Positions 39,808-50,208 are shown, counted from the stretch's first letter. The stretch is DNA of 64,000 nucleotides from Thermoplasmata archaeon (GCA_021826685.1 JAKAYT010000002.1:27123-91122); one strand, 5' to 3'. Numbers and translations: made by a program. Notes: generated by a model not told the origin, from the sequence alone.

Positions 39808-40237
39808 GGTAGCGGGCGCGCGCCCGCTCCACGTGCCGCTCGGCGCCCGAGGTATCGACGATCTCCTCGACCACTCCGTTCGGCCCGATGAGGAAGGTCA
39901 CTCGGCGAGCGACCCCGTGCGGGCCGAGCACGCCGTAGGTCCCGGAGACCTTCTTCTCCACGTCCGCGACGAGGCGAAACGGCAGGCCATACTTCTGACG
40001 GAACGCCTCTTGGGCCGGGCAGTCGTCGACGCTGACGCCGACGATCTCGACCCCCTTCTTCTGGAACTCGGCGTGGTGATCCCGAAAGCCCTTCGCCTCG
40101 ATCGTGCAGCCCGGGGTGTCGGCCTTGGGATAGAAATAGAGCACCGTAGGATGCCCGCGCGTCGAGGAAAAACGGAAGCTCGATCCGTCCTGCAGTTTCG
40201 CTTCGAAATCCGGTGCTGGTTCTCCGACCGCGACCAT
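39797..40237 (-). CDS. bcp: peroxiredoxin BCP/PrxQ
   Basis: LYFYPKADTPGCTIEA, GVSVD, RVTFLI. Confidence 0.93.
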   Translation of the reverse strand: MVAVGEPAPDFEAKLQDGSSFRFSSTRGHPTVLYFYPKADTPGCTIEAKGFRDHHAEFQKKGVEIVGVSVDDCPAQEAFRQKYGLPFRLVADVEKKVSGTYGVLGPHGVARRVTFLIGPNGVVEEIVDTSGAERHVERARARYLTA

Positions 40238-40289
40238 GCACCGGCCAGGCGGGCCGGTTATTTATCAGGGGGCCACCCGGATCAGGGGC

Positions 40290-40526
40290 CTACCCGCCGG
40301 TAACGGTCACCAGCGTCTCGGTCGCCCGAATGCCGGGGATCCGTCGGATCCGTTGGAGGACGATGTCGAGGGCCTCGTTGATGTGGTCCGCCTGAATCTT
40401 GAGAATCAGGTCGAACGGCCCGGTGACGGCCTCGACCTCGACCACATGGGGGATCGAACGGATGCGCTGCAGCACCGCGTCGAGCTGGGCCAAATCGACC
40501 TCGGCGAGCAGGTAGAGGGTCTCCAT
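40290..40526 (-). CDS. stand-alone Lrp/AsnC ligand-binding (RAM) domain protein
   Basis: VTGPFDLILKI, IRRIPGIRATETL. Confidence 0.88.
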   Translation of the reverse strand: METLYLLAEVDLAQLDAVLQRIRSIPHVVEVEAVTGPFDLILKIQADHINEALDIVLQRIRRIPGIRATETLVTVTGG

Positions 40527-40641
40527 CCCGGCGCGTCCTTCCGGGGCGACCGACCCCCGGGGCCCATTTCAAGCTACCCAACGAGGGGAACGAAGCCGGG
40601 GCGTCCAAAAGGCATATCTCTCCACCCCGGGAGGACGGGGC

Positions 40642-41913
40642 GTGGGGCTCGCGTTCCGGGATACTCGGACCGGCCGCACGGTGGACCTAGGATCTCGCCG
40701 TGCACCGGTCACCATGTACGTCTGCGGTCCGACGGTCTACGCCCCGTCCCACGTCGGTCATGGCCGGACCTACCTCTACTTCGACCTGGTTCGCCGCTAC
40801 TTCGCCGAGACCGGGGTACCGGTCCTCCACTTGATGAACATCACGGACGTCGAAGACAAGATCAACGTGCGGGCACGGGAGCTCCGCACCTCCCCCGTCG
40901 CGCTCGCTCGTCGTGAGGAGCGTCGGTTCTTCCGCGACCTCGATGCCCTCGGAGTCCTTCGGCCGACGTACGCTCCCCGGGCGAGCGATTTCGTCGGCGA
41001 GATGGTCCGGTATGCCCGTCGCCTCGAGCGGACGGGCCGGGTGCACCGCTTGGGCGACTCATGGTTCTATCGCCCGCCCGCCTCGACCCTCCGTCGGAAC
41101 TTCGCCATCGCTCAGGAGCTCGGCCGCCACCAGGTCCGGGAGGCCCCCGACGCACCGATCCCCCCGTTGGACCTGCGCGAGTTCGTCGTATGGCGCCGGC
41201 AGTTGCCTCCTCGTCCCTCTTGGATGAGCCCATGGGGTCCGGGCGTCCCGGGCTGGCACCTCGAGTGCTACTCGATGGCCGCTCACCACCTGCGAGTGCC
41301 GGTCGATCTGCAGGGCGGTGGTCAGGACCTCATATTCCCGCACCACTACGCCCAGAACGAGATCGCGTTCGCTCTGACGCATGGGCCGTTCGCACGCGGA
41401 TTCCTCCACACCGGATTCGTCCTCCGCAACGGTCACAAGATGTCGAAGTCGGTCGGGAACCTCGTGGACCTCGGCCCCTCGATCGAGCGCTGGGGGCCGG
41501 ACGCGCTGCGGTGGTACCTGCTCGGGACCCCCCGGCAGCGGCCGATCAACTGGGACGACCGGCAGGTGCGTCGCGCGCGCGAGGAGTTCCGCCGGGTGCG
41601 CGACACGTTCTCCGCCTCGATGGAGGGGGGGGCGGGAGGCACCGTCTCCGCTCGGTGCGTCGTGTCGCTAGCGTGCGGTGTCGAGCGGGCGATCGGGCAC
41701 GAGCTCGGCGCCGAACGAGCGTTCCGGCAGATGAGAGAGTTCGCCGAGGCGATCGCTCGGACGGCGCGAGGGCGCATCGTGTCCGGGGAGCGCCAAGCGG
41801 CCGGGTGGGCCTACCGCCGTATCGAGGCTCTGACGGGCCTCGACCTGATCGGTCCCGAGCAACAGCGTCGGTCCTCCGGACGACGCGCCGCCCGCCGCGC
41901 CGTGGCGGGCTAG
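40642..41913 (+). CDS. cysteine-tRNA ligase-like protein (class I catalytic core, atypical C terminus)
   Basis: YVCGPTVY, HVGH, NITDVEDKI, SPWGPG.PGWHLEC, DLIFPHH, KMSKS. Confidence 0.88.
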   Translation: MGLAFRDTRTGRTVDLGSRRAPVTMYVCGPTVYAPSHVGHGRTYLYFDLVRRYFAETGVPVLHLMNITDVEDKINVRARELRTSPVALARREERRFFRDLDALGVLRPTYAPRASDFVGEMVRYARRLERTGRVHRLGDSWFYRPPASTLRRNFAIAQELGRHQVREAPDAPIPPLDLREFVVWRRQLPPRPSWMSPWGPGVPGWHLECYSMAAHHLRVPVDLQGGGQDLIFPHHYAQNEIAFALTHGPFARGFLHTGFVLRNGHKMSKSVGNLVDLGPSIERWGPDALRWYLLGTPRQRPINWDDRQVRRAREEFRRVRDTFSASMEGGAGGTVSARCVVSLACGVERAIGHELGAERAFRQMREFAEAIARTARGRIVSGERQAAGWAYRRIEALTGLDLIGPEQQRRSSGRRAARRAVAG

Positions 41914-43109
41914 GGCCGTTCGATGATCGTGCTGAGCCCGTTGCCGCCGCCCATGCAGAGCGTGGCGAGCCCGAGGTGTCCCTGAGCCCGGGCGAGCTCG
42001 TGGACGAGCGTGACGAGAATGCGCGCGCCGCTGGCGCCGATAGGGTGGCCGAGAGCGACCGCTCCCCCGACCGCGTTGAAACGGTCGTCCGGGAAGCCGA
42101 ACGCGCGTTGCACGGCCAACGAGGCCGAAGCATAGGCTTCGTTGTGCTCGACGCGATCGAAATCGCCCGGTTCTAGCCCCGCGGCCGCGAGGTGCTTGCG
42201 GACCGTCGGAATCGGCGACTCCATCACGTTCGCCGGGTCGACGCCGCTCACGCAGGTCGAGCGAATCCATGCGAGCGGGTCGAGGCTGCGTCGGCGGACC
42301 TCGGACGCCGAGGCGAGGACCAGGGCCGCTGCTCCGTCGGAGAGTTTCGAGGCGTTGCCGGCGGTGACGACCCCTCCGGGGAGGAACGCGGGAGCCAATC
42401 GCGCGAGGCCCTCAAGGCTCGTGTCCGCGCGCACGCACTCATCGACCGACAGACCCTTCGAGCGGGGAGCGAGCGCGCTCGGGATCTCGACGATCTCGCG
42501 GGCGAACCGGCCGTCGGCGGTCGCGGCAGCCGCGCGGTGGTTGCTGCGCACGGCGTAGCGGTCGATCTCCTCCCGGGTGAGATGGAAGCGCTCGGCGACC
42601 CTTTCACCGGTCATGCCCATCAGCTCGTGCTCAGAGTAGGCGTCTCGCAAGGCGTCCTCCTGCATCGCGTCCACGAACGCTCGGTTACCGAACTTGATGC
42701 CCGAGCGCACCTCTCCCGTAACGAGATAGGGCGCCCGCGACATCGACTCCATCCCCCCGACCAGCACGAGATTCGCCTCTCCCGCACGGATCTCCGATAG
42801 GCCGATGTGCACGGCCTTCATCCCGGAGCCGCAGACCATGTTCACCGTCGTAGCGCCGCTGCTGTCCGGTACCCCGGCTCCCCGCCCGACCTGTCGCGCC
42901 GGGTTCTGACCCGCGCCCGCCTGGATCCCGTGACCGAAGAGGACATCCTCGATGTCGGCCGGAGCGAGGTGGGCGCGCTCGATCGCCGCCCGGGCCGCGA
43001 ACGCCCCGAGCGCGGTCGCCGGGACCTCGCGAAGGGATCCGAGATACCTTCCAATCGGGGTCCGGACGGCGGAGACGATCGCAACCCGGACCGGTTCGGG
43101 CGCGGGCAT
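41910..43109 (-). CDS. acetyl-CoA C-acyltransferase (bacterial-type thiolase)
   Basis: [39 protein letters not shown]. Confidence 0.95.
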   Translation of the reverse strand: MPAPEPVRVAIVSAVRTPIGRYLGSLREVPATALGAFAARAAIERAHLAPADIEDVLFGHGIQAGAGQNPARQVGRGAGVPDSSGATTVNMVCGSGMKAVHIGLSEIRAGEANLVLVGGMESMSRAPYLVTGEVRSGIKFGNRAFVDAMQEDALRDAYSEHELMGMTGERVAERFHLTREEIDRYAVRSNHRAAAATADGRFAREIVEIPSALAPRSKGLSVDECVRADTSLEGLARLAPAFLPGGVVTAGNASKLSDGAAALVLASASEVRRRSLDPLAWIRSTCVSGVDPANVMESPIPTVRKHLAAAGLEPGDFDRVEHNEAYASASLAVQRAFGFPDDRFNAVGGAVALGHPIGASGARILVTLVHELARAQGHLGLATLCMGGGNGLSTIIERP

Positions 43110-43189
43110 CGCTACCGATCACCGGTCGCACGGCATAACGTCAGCGAGGGCTCCGCGGGAGAGGGGAACCGAGTCCGCCCGCGATGTCG

Positions 43190-43933
43190 TTAGTCTTCTT
43201 CCACACGCGGAGCAAGGAGGAAACGTCCCGATCCTTTCCCGTTGGCCATCGAGAACTCGACCTTGAGCGGGTACTCGTTGCCGACGTGCAGCGTGACCTC
43301 GTCCGCGGACGTGATCGACTTCATCATCGCCGAGAAGAAGTCGAGCGGGTACATGCTCTTCACCGGCTCCTTCGACTCGAGGCGGGTCAGGCCGGGCCCG
43401 CCCTTGGAGAGGTGGAGGTCCACGCGGTCGGTCTCGCCCTCGGAATAGAGACGGAAGACCTCGGGTTCGACCTGAATCGTGACGTGATCGGAGATGCTCT
43501 CGCTGCCGCGGATCCCTTGCCGGATCTCGTCCATCGACACGACGGCGACCGCAGGGGGGCTCACGTTCGGCACCTTGGGCTCCGGCATCCCGGCGGGATC
43601 GATCACGGACATCGAGCGGGTGACCTTTCCGACCTTGACGATGAGCCGACTCTTGCCGCCGTCGTACTCGAGGTCGATGTTCTCCCCGGGCTTGGCGAGG
43701 CGGAGGACGTCCTTCAATTTCTCCACATCGACCCCGATACTGGTGGGTTCGCCGGTGAACTCCTCGAAGATCCCCCCCTCGAGCTTGAGGACGAGCATCG
43801 CCACGTGCGAGGGGTCGACCGCACGGACCTCGACCCCGTCCTTCGAGATCGACAGCTTTACTTCGGAGACGAGGGTGGAGACGACCTCGACGAGCTCGCG
43901 GAGGGTCTCGGTCTTAATGCGAGCCTTGAACAT
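43190..43933 (-). CDS. pcn: DNA polymerase sliding clamp PCNA
   Basis: MFKA, RAVDPSHVAM, YPLKVEF, LLAPRVE. Confidence 0.95.
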   Translation of the reverse strand: MFKARIKTETLRELVEVVSTLVSEVKLSISKDGVEVRAVDPSHVAMLVLKLEGGIFEEFTGEPTSIGVDVEKLKDVLRLAKPGENIDLEYDGGKSRLIVKVGKVTRSMSVIDPAGMPEPKVPNVSPPAVAVVSMDEIRQGIRGSESISDHVTIQVEPEVFRLYSEGETDRVDLHLSKGGPGLTRLESKEPVKSMYPLDFFSAMMKSITSADEVTLHVGNEYPLKVEFSMANGKGSGRFLLAPRVEED

Positions 43934-44029
43934 TCGCAGCGCCTCGGCGCGCGACACTCTCCCCCCTCAAAAAGCTGCGCATCGCTCCCGGGGGAGAGGC
44001 GCTTTGGCCCGGGAGGAGGTGGGGCGGTC

Positions 44030-44788
44030 GTGACGGAGCTGGCGTACCTCGCGTCGATGGACGGCGCGTACACTCGATCTTTCCGCGCGCGGGTCGTGGC
44101 GCGGCCCCCCGGGGGGGTGGTTCTCGACCGAACGTTCTTCTATCCGACCGGTGGGGGGCAGCCAAACGATCTCGGGACCCTGCGGGCCCCCCGCGCCCCT
44201 GTCGCTGCGGCCGTCGTCGATGTGGTAAAGCAGGGATCGACGGTCGTCCATCGGCTCTCCGGCGCCGCCTCCGCCCGCGCGGGACTCGCTGTCGGCACCG
44301 AGGTGGAAGCGACCATCGACTGGGCCCGGCGGGAGCGACACATGCGGCTCCACACGTCCCAGCACTACCTCAGCGCCCGGATCTTCGCGCGGTACGGCGC
44401 GCGCACGCGTCGCGCGTCGCTCCGGGGGCGCGAGGCGGTCATCGAGCTCGATCGCGCGTTGCCCTTTCGTGCCATCGAGGAACTCGGAGAGGATGCCGCG
44501 AGGATGGCGAGCGACCCGCGGCACGTTCGGATCCGGGAGGTCCCACGGGTCGAATGGGATCGGCACCCCACGGCACGCTCGAGCCTGGTCGCTCTCGCGC
44601 CGGGCGTGGATCCGGTGCGCCTCATCGAGATCGAGGGGATCGATCTGTGCCCCTGCGGGGGTACCCACGTGCGTTCGACCTCGGAGGTCGGAGAGCTCGA
44701 GATTCGACCGATCTCGGAGCGGGACGAAGGGGGCACTCGGCTCAGCTACGTGCTGGTGAACGGAGGCGGGACCACTCCGCCCGAGTAG
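44030..44788 (+). CDS. AlaXp-M alanyl-tRNA editing protein
   Basis: LDRTFFYPTGGGQPND, RHMRLHTSQH, CPCGGTHV. Confidence 0.92.
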   Translation: MTELAYLASMDGAYTRSFRARVVARPPGGVVLDRTFFYPTGGGQPNDLGTLRAPRAPVAAAVVDVVKQGSTVVHRLSGAASARAGLAVGTEVEATIDWARRERHMRLHTSQHYLSARIFARYGARTRRASLRGREAVIELDRALPFRAIEELGEDAARMASDPRHVRIREVPRVEWDRHPTARSSLVALAPGVDPVRLIEIEGIDLCPCGGTHVRSTSEVGELEIRPISERDEGGTRLSYVLVNGGGTTPPE

Positions 44789-45299
44789 TCCCGTACACGT
44801 GCACGTCGTGCCACGCACCGTGGTGGAATAGCGCGGAACGCAGAGTTCCCTCGCGTCGCAAGCCGAGCTTTTCGAGGAGGCGCGCCGAGCCGACGTTGTC
44901 GACATCGCACGTCGCGCCGACACGCTCGACGTGGAACTCGGCGTAGACCCGGTCGATGAGAAGCCCGACCGCTTCGGTCCCGTAGCCGTGGCCGCGTTCT
45001 TCGCTAGCGCCCATGACGTACCATACGTCGACGTACTCGAGGACCGGATGGGCGAAATAGTAGCCCACACAGCCCAGGAGGGTCCCGTCGGATCGCTTGC
45101 GGATCGCGTATCGAGGAGCGAGGGAGCGAGGATCGCTCGCGGCGCTCTCGAGCGATTCCAGGAACGACGGATACTGCTCGGTTTCATACCGGTCAAAGGG
45201 TGCGACCAGCTCCGGGTCCTGGTACCATCGAAAGATGCGCTCGCGCGATCCGGGATCGATCGGCGCAAGCTCGACCCGTGGGCTACGTGGAGGCCCCAT
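44742..45299 (-). CDS. GNAT acetyltransferase (RimL/RimJ-like)
   Basis: ERGHGYGTEA, NVGSARLLEKLGLRREG, WHDVHVYG. Confidence 0.88.
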   Translation of the reverse strand: MGPPRSPRVELAPIDPGSRERIFRWYQDPELVAPFDRYETEQYPSFLESLESAASDPRSLAPRYAIRKRSDGTLLGCVGYYFAHPVLEYVDVWYVMGASEERGHGYGTEAVGLLIDRVYAEFHVERVGATCDVDNVGSARLLEKLGLRREGTLRSALFHHGAWHDVHVYGTTRAEWSRLRSPARS

Positions 45300-45331
45300 C
45301 GCAAAGGTTCGCTGCTCGCAGCCTCCGTCCG

Positions 45332-45340
45332 TTTAAATAT
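45332..45340. promoter_or_regulatory. probable bidirectional TATA box
   Basis: TTTAAATAT between divergent starts 45299 and 45365. Confidence 0.6.
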
Positions 45341-45364
45341 GGAACCGTCCGTGCGACGGCCCGC

Positions 45365-46339
45365 ATGCCGCCGACCGAGCGCCCCGGGGGCCCGGTGGTC
45401 GTGACCGGGGGCGCCGGCGCGATCGGCACCTTTTTGGTCGAAGCCCTGGTGAAACGCGGGAATGAGGTGCGGATCATCGACAACCTCTCTTCGGGACGGC
45501 GGGCGCACTTGGACCGGCTGGGACGACCGGACGGGTGGAAGCTCGTCATCAGCGACCTTCGGCAGGACGGGTCATGGACCGATGAGTTCCGGGGCGCCCG
45601 CGAGGTCTGGCACCTTGCCGCGAACCCGGACATCCGGCGAGGGACCGAGGACCCGCGGCTCGATCTGGAGCACGGCACGATCGCCACGTTCCATGTGCTC
45701 GAAGCTACTCGGCGTCACGACGTCCCTCGAGTGCATTTCTCCTCCTCGAGCACGGTCTACGGGATGCCGACGGTCTTTCCGACCCCCGAAAGCTACGGAC
45801 CCCTGCTCCCGGAGTCGCTCTACGGGGCCTCCAAGCTCGCGAGCGAGGGCCTGGTGAGCGCATACGCCTCCTGCTACGGGACGACGAGCTACATCTTCCG
45901 TTTCGCGAACATCATCGGACCCTTGATGACGCATGGCGTGCTCTTTGATTTCTTCGAAAAGCTCGCGAAGGACCCCTCTCGGCTCGAGGTTCTCGGGGAC
46001 GGACGCCAAGCCAAGAGCTACCTTCGAACCGAAGACTGCGTCGATGCGATGCTCTTTGCCTCCGAGCGAGGGCACGATCGAGTGAACCTCTTCAACCTCG
46101 GTACGGGCGATCGTATCAGCGTACGGGAGATTGCAGAGAAGGTCGTACGGGCCCATGGAGGCGGGGCCCGAATCGAATACACCGGCGGAACGCGAGGCTG
46201 GCCGGGGGACGTGCCCCAGCAGGATCTCGCGATCGACAAGATCGCCCGACTCGGCTGGACGGCTCGATGGAACAGTGCCGGGGCCGTGGATCTGTCGATC
46301 GAGCAGATGCGCCAATCCATTTCCGCCCGTACTCGTTAG
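45365..46339 (+). CDS. NAD-dependent epimerase/dehydratase (GalE-like)
   Basis: TGGAGAIG, DNLSSG, HLAANP, SSSTVYG, YGASK. Confidence 0.92.
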   Translation: MPPTERPGGPVVVTGGAGAIGTFLVEALVKRGNEVRIIDNLSSGRRAHLDRLGRPDGWKLVISDLRQDGSWTDEFRGAREVWHLAANPDIRRGTEDPRLDLEHGTIATFHVLEATRRHDVPRVHFSSSSTVYGMPTVFPTPESYGPLLPESLYGASKLASEGLVSAYASCYGTTSYIFRFANIIGPLMTHGVLFDFFEKLAKDPSRLEVLGDGRQAKSYLRTEDCVDAMLFASERGHDRVNLFNLGTGDRISVREIAEKVVRAHGGGARIEYTGGTRGWPGDVPQQDLAIDKIARLGWTARWNSAGAVDLSIEQMRQSISARTR

Positions 46340-46345
46340 GTCACC

Positions 46346-47410
46346 GTGAGCGCCCCGGAGCGGACGCCCGGAACCGTCACCGTCATCCTGACCGTGCTCA
46401 ATGATCGCCGCGTCGAGCGTACCCTGCACAGCCTCCTCGAGCAGCGGCGCCGACCGGATCGGATCCTCGTCGACGACGGGAGCGGCCCGGACGGGATCGT
46501 CCGCCCGATCGTGGAACGGTGGCGAGCACGCGATCCGCGCGTGGAATGGCTGGACGCGCCGGGCACGATCAGCGAGAGCCGGAACCGGGCCCTCCAGGTG
46601 GTTTCCACCGAATTCGTTGCGTTCATCGATGCGGACGAGATCGCTCGGCCGGAGTGGTTGGGGGAGCTGCTCGGGCCGTTTGACGACCCTAGGATCGGCT
46701 TCACCGGGGGGCCGACCCCCGCCCTCCCGTCGACCTGCCACGGCGCCGGGGTGCGGTACTACGATGGGTACCTTCGACGTTTCTACGACGTGACTGCGCG
46801 AGCCCACCCTACGTCGTTGCCGATGGGCAACTCCGCCTGGCGCACCTCGGTCTTCGATCAGTTGGGCCTCCTCGACGCCACGCTCTATCCCTATGCCTCC
46901 AGCGAGGATCAGGAGATGGCGGTCCGGGCGAGCCGCGCCGGCTGGAAGGGCCGCTACGTCCCGGGCGCAATCGTCGATCACGACTTCTCTGAACTTACTT
47001 CGGGCTCGCTGCTGCGCAAGCAAAGCCGCTACGCGACGGGAGGCTACCTCGTCTGGCGGCGCCACGCCTCGACGTACGAGGCGACCGGGGGACGGCTGGC
47101 TCCCTACGTCCTCCTGCCGGCGCTCGCGGTCCTCGGGGCGATCTTCCTCGCCTTCCCCCAACTCTATTGGCCCGCGGTGGGCTTGCTCGCGACGGGCTCG
47201 GGAGGGCTCGCTGTCCTCGCTTTGGGATTGTCCGTCCAGGGCCTCCGATGGGAACGGACGTACCCCGGGATGCGGTTCCGGGCCTTCGAGATCCTCCGTC
47301 GGTGGGCGACGTTGTTCGGGGCCTTCCGGGGTCTCATCCACTACGGTTGGACGGGCCGCCGGGAGGTGGGCTCTGCCTCGACGGAGCCGCCCCGGTCCGG
47401 CAAACCTTAA
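46346..47410 (+). CDS. GT2 family glycosyltransferase with C-terminal TM helices
   Basis: LVDDGS, SRN, FIDAD, SED. Confidence 0.88.
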   Translation: MSAPERTPGTVTVILTVLNDRRVERTLHSLLEQRRRPDRILVDDGSGPDGIVRPIVERWRARDPRVEWLDAPGTISESRNRALQVVSTEFVAFIDADEIARPEWLGELLGPFDDPRIGFTGGPTPALPSTCHGAGVRYYDGYLRRFYDVTARAHPTSLPMGNSAWRTSVFDQLGLLDATLYPYASSEDQEMAVRASRAGWKGRYVPGAIVDHDFSELTSGSLLRKQSRYATGGYLVWRRHASTYEATGGRLAPYVLLPALAVLGAIFLAFPQLYWPAVGLLATGSGGLAVLALGLSVQGLRWERTYPGMRFRAFEILRRWATLFGAFRGLIHYGWTGRREVGSASTEPPRSGKP

Positions 47411-47434
47411 ACCGCAAGCGCGCTCCGCGCGGCG

Positions 47435-48325
47435 ATGACCTCTCACGCCGCAGCTTCGCCGGTCGCTACGGTCGCTTCGGGCGATCTTGTGCACCTCGAC
47501 TTCGAGCTCTGGGCTGAGGGCGGGGCGAAGCCCGAGCTCATCGGAACCACCCGCGAGGAGGTTGCTCAGGATGCCCTGGGGCAGCTTCCGCAAGGGCGTC
47601 GCTACGGACCTCGGCCCCACCTCATCGGCGGCCCCTACTTCCCCTCCGGGATCGAGCAGACCCTGGTCGGCAGCACCGTCGGCAACGAGATCACGAAGGA
47701 GTTCGCCGCGGTAGATGCCTTCGGAGAGCGGGACCCCAAGCTGATCGAACTGTTCTCGATGCACGAGATCGAGCGCCTGCCCGAAATGCGCCGACAGGAC
47801 GCGCATCTGGATGTGGGCACGATCCTGACGATCCGGGGACGAGAGGGCCGCGTCGTGACGCTCACGCAGGCCCGTGTCCGGGTCGACTTCAACCCTCCGT
47901 TCGCGGGCCGCAAGGTCCGCGGGAAGTTCAAGATCGTGGACCGCATCACGGATCCGGACGAGCAGGTCCGTGCGCTGATCGAGATTGAATACGGCCGGCC
48001 GGGCTCGGAATTCCACGTCGAGATCCGCGACCACGTCGTAACGATCAAGGTCCCCGACCGGGCCAAGTTCGACCCTTCCTGGTTCGGCGACAAGCCACGG
48101 ATCGTCGATCGCATCCGCACCCAGATCTCCCCCAAGTCAATACGATTCGTGGAAGAGTACGTCACCCCGACCCCCGAGAAGACCGAATCTGCCGCCGCGC
48201 CCGCAGGAGCCCCTACGGCGCCCTCTCCCCCGAGCTCAGCCCCCGGGACCTCCGCTCCGGCCGATACGGCCAGTCCCGCTACGGGTACCGAGCGCTCCAA
48301 GACGAAACCCGCGGCCAGCCCCTAG
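47435..48325 (+). CDS. long-type FKBP peptidyl-prolyl isomerase
   Basis: GDLVHLDF, IGTT, AFGERDP, VDFNPPFAG. Confidence 0.88.
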   Translation: MTSHAAASPVATVASGDLVHLDFELWAEGGAKPELIGTTREEVAQDALGQLPQGRRYGPRPHLIGGPYFPSGIEQTLVGSTVGNEITKEFAAVDAFGERDPKLIELFSMHEIERLPEMRRQDAHLDVGTILTIRGREGRVVTLTQARVRVDFNPPFAGRKVRGKFKIVDRITDPDEQVRALIEIEYGRPGSEFHVEIRDHVVTIKVPDRAKFDPSWFGDKPRIVDRIRTQISPKSIRFVEEYVTPTPEKTESAAAPAGAPTAPSPPSSAPGTSAPADTASPATGTERSKTKPAASP

Positions 48326-48390
48326 GTTGCCCCCCGGAACGGAACGAACCAACGCTAGATGAACCGGCTCGCGCTCTTCGCCGTGTGCAG

Positions 48391-48519
48391 ATGCCCGCTC
48401 CGCCGTCCAGGGAGATCCCGCGAGCGTTCTTGGTCACGGTCTTCGCGGTAGGGATCGCGGTTGCAGTCGCGGTCGCGGTCCTAGGCTTTTACGGGTACAT
48501 CGGCGCGGGAATCCCGTGA
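48391..48519 (+). CDS. 42-aa single-TM microprotein (not in ORF track)
   Basis: MPAPPSREIPRAFLVTVFAVGIAVAVAVAVLGFYGYIGAGIP*. Confidence 0.65.
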   Translation: MPAPPSREIPRAFLVTVFAVGIAVAVAVAVLGFYGYIGAGIP

Positions 48520-48581
48520 TCCCCCCGGGCGTCTATCGTACGAGTCGAGCCCAGATAAACCGCCCCGGACGTGAAGCGGGC

Positions 48582-48713
48582 GTGGCAGTCGGGCGGCCAG
48601 CGGCTTCGGAGAAGAAATACAACCCTTACTTGGGCTGGGTGGTCGGAGGCATTCTCATCCTCGCGATCTTCGCGGTGATGGGAGTCTTCTGGTTCATGTA
48701 CCATCCCTTGTAG
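48582..48713 (+). CDS. 43-aa single-TM microprotein
   Basis: MAVGRPAASEKKYNPYLGWVVGGILILAIFAVMGVFWFMYHPL*; GATAAA about 23 nt upstream of GTG. Confidence 0.65.
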   Translation: MAVGRPAASEKKYNPYLGWVVGGILILAIFAVMGVFWFMYHPL

Positions 48714-49251
48714 CGCCGGACGCCCAGCATTCGGGCGCGCGGTAGGCGTAGACCGCCCCGGACGTGGCGTACGGGACCCAGCCCGGTATCGGATGGTAGT
48801 GCGTCACGAACCGAGCTCCGCGCGGGAGTTCTCGTTCGAGTTTGGGCCGAAGGCGAGCCATCGTCGAGGGCCAGAGGAATGCGAAGACAACATTCGCCCG
48901 GGTCAAGTCCTCGTCGAAGAGATTCCCCCGGACGATCGTCACCCGATCCCGATCGTTCCCCCATCTCTGGCGGAGGGACAGAATGACAGCTCGAAGGCGA
49001 TCGATCTCGACGGCGCGCACTCGTGATCCCCGATCGCGAGCCACCCGCAGCGCGAGCTCGCCGGTCCCCGCGCCGAGATCGATCACGAGGTCGGTCGCGG
49101 AAGGGTTCGCGAGGCGGATCATTCGATCCGCGACGCGGGCCGGCGTCGGTTCGTACCCCGCCCCGTAGGCGAACGATCCGAAGAAGAAGTACACGAAGAA
49201 CCCGAGGCCGGCGAGGATCGTGAGAAGTCCCGCGACCGCCATCGGGACCAT
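48694..49251 (-). CDS. class I SAM methyltransferase with N-terminal TM (aKMT/FAM173-like)
   Basis: YEPTP, IDLGAGTG, AVEID, LRPKLERELPRGARFV. Confidence 0.8.
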   Translation of the reverse strand: MVPMAVAGLLTILAGLGFFVYFFFGSFAYGAGYEPTPARVADRMIRLANPSATDLVIDLGAGTGELALRVARDRGSRVRAVEIDRLRAVILSLRQRWGNDRDRVTIVRGNLFDEDLTRANVVFAFLWPSTMARLRPKLERELPRGARFVTHYHPIPGWVPYATSGAVYAYRAPECWASGATRDGT

Positions 49252-50208
49252 CTACGCGCGCCCCTTCCTCCGCTCCTGCCACCAACGACGCGCGGCGGTC
49301 TCGGGGTCGATTCGGTGGGCGAGTACCGGCTCGACGCGCCGCGGAAGGCTCGGGTCCCGCGACAGGTCCGCGACGAACCGAGATTCCGCGAGGGCTAGGA
49401 TCTCCTGGGTCAACCGACGGCGTTCTCCTTCGAGGCGTTTGCCGCTCGAGTCGAGGTAGTGTTCGTGGGCTTCGATCGCCTGCCATAGTTCGGGGATCCC
49501 CGAGGGGATCGTCGTCGATGTAGCGACCACGGGCACCCTCCAGCCGGGATCCACGCTGCCCAAGGATGCGAGCTCGGCGAGGTCGCGCCGGGCCCGGTCC
49601 GCGCCGGGCAGATCTGACTTGTTCACGCAGAACACGTCGGCGATCTCGAAGAGCCCCGCCTTGAGCGTCTGGACCTCATCGCCGAGATGAGGGACGAGGA
49701 CGACAACGCTCGTGGTCGCGACCTGCCGGATCTCGACGTCGACTTGGCCGCTCCCGACGGTTTCGACGAGGACGATCCCGAATCCCGCGGCCTCCAACAG
49801 GCGCACGACCTCCCGCGTCGCCCGGGCGAGTCCGCCGGCGTGGCCTCGGGTCGCCATGGAGCGGATGAAGATCCCCGGGTCGTCGGGAGGTCGATCCAGC
49901 CGAATCCGGTCGCCGAGGACCGACCCTCCCGAGAACGGGCTCGACGGATCGACGGCCACGACCGCGACCTTCTTCCCGAGCGAGCGCACGTGAGCGAGCA
50001 GCGCGTTGATGAGCGAGGACTTGCCTACTCCGAGCGGTCCGGCCAGCCCGATGAGCCACGCATGGCCGGTGTGGGGATAGATCGCCCGCAAGACCTCGCG
50101 CGCCCCGGGATCATCGTTTTCCGCGCCGGTGATGAGGCGCGCGAGGGCGCGACGGTCACCGTCGATCAGGGCTTGGGCCGCCGGCGGGAAGCGGCGGGCC
50201 GGGCTCAT
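49252..50208 (-). CDS. meaB: methylmalonyl-CoA mutase-associated GTPase
   Basis: [40 protein letters not shown]. Confidence 0.94.
   Translation of the reverse strand: MSPARRFPPAAQALIDGDRRALARLITGAENDDPGAREVLRAIYPHTGHAWLIGLAGPLGVGKSSLINALLAHVRSLGKKVAVVAVDPSSPFSGGSVLGDRIRLDRPPDDPGIFIRSMATRGHAGGLARATREVVRLLEAAGFGIVLVETVGSGQVDVEIRQVATTSVVVLVPHLGDEVQTLKAGLFEIADVFCVNKSDLPGADRARRDLAELASLGSVDPGWRVPVVATSTTIPSGIPELWQAIEAHEHYLDSSGKRLEGERRRLTQEILALAESRFVADLSRDPSLPRRVEPVLAHRIDPETAARRWWQERRKGRA

Noticed and set aside
43110-44030. Replication origin near PCNA
   Set aside because: No orc1/cdc6 gene, ORB repeats or AT-rich unwinding element seen.
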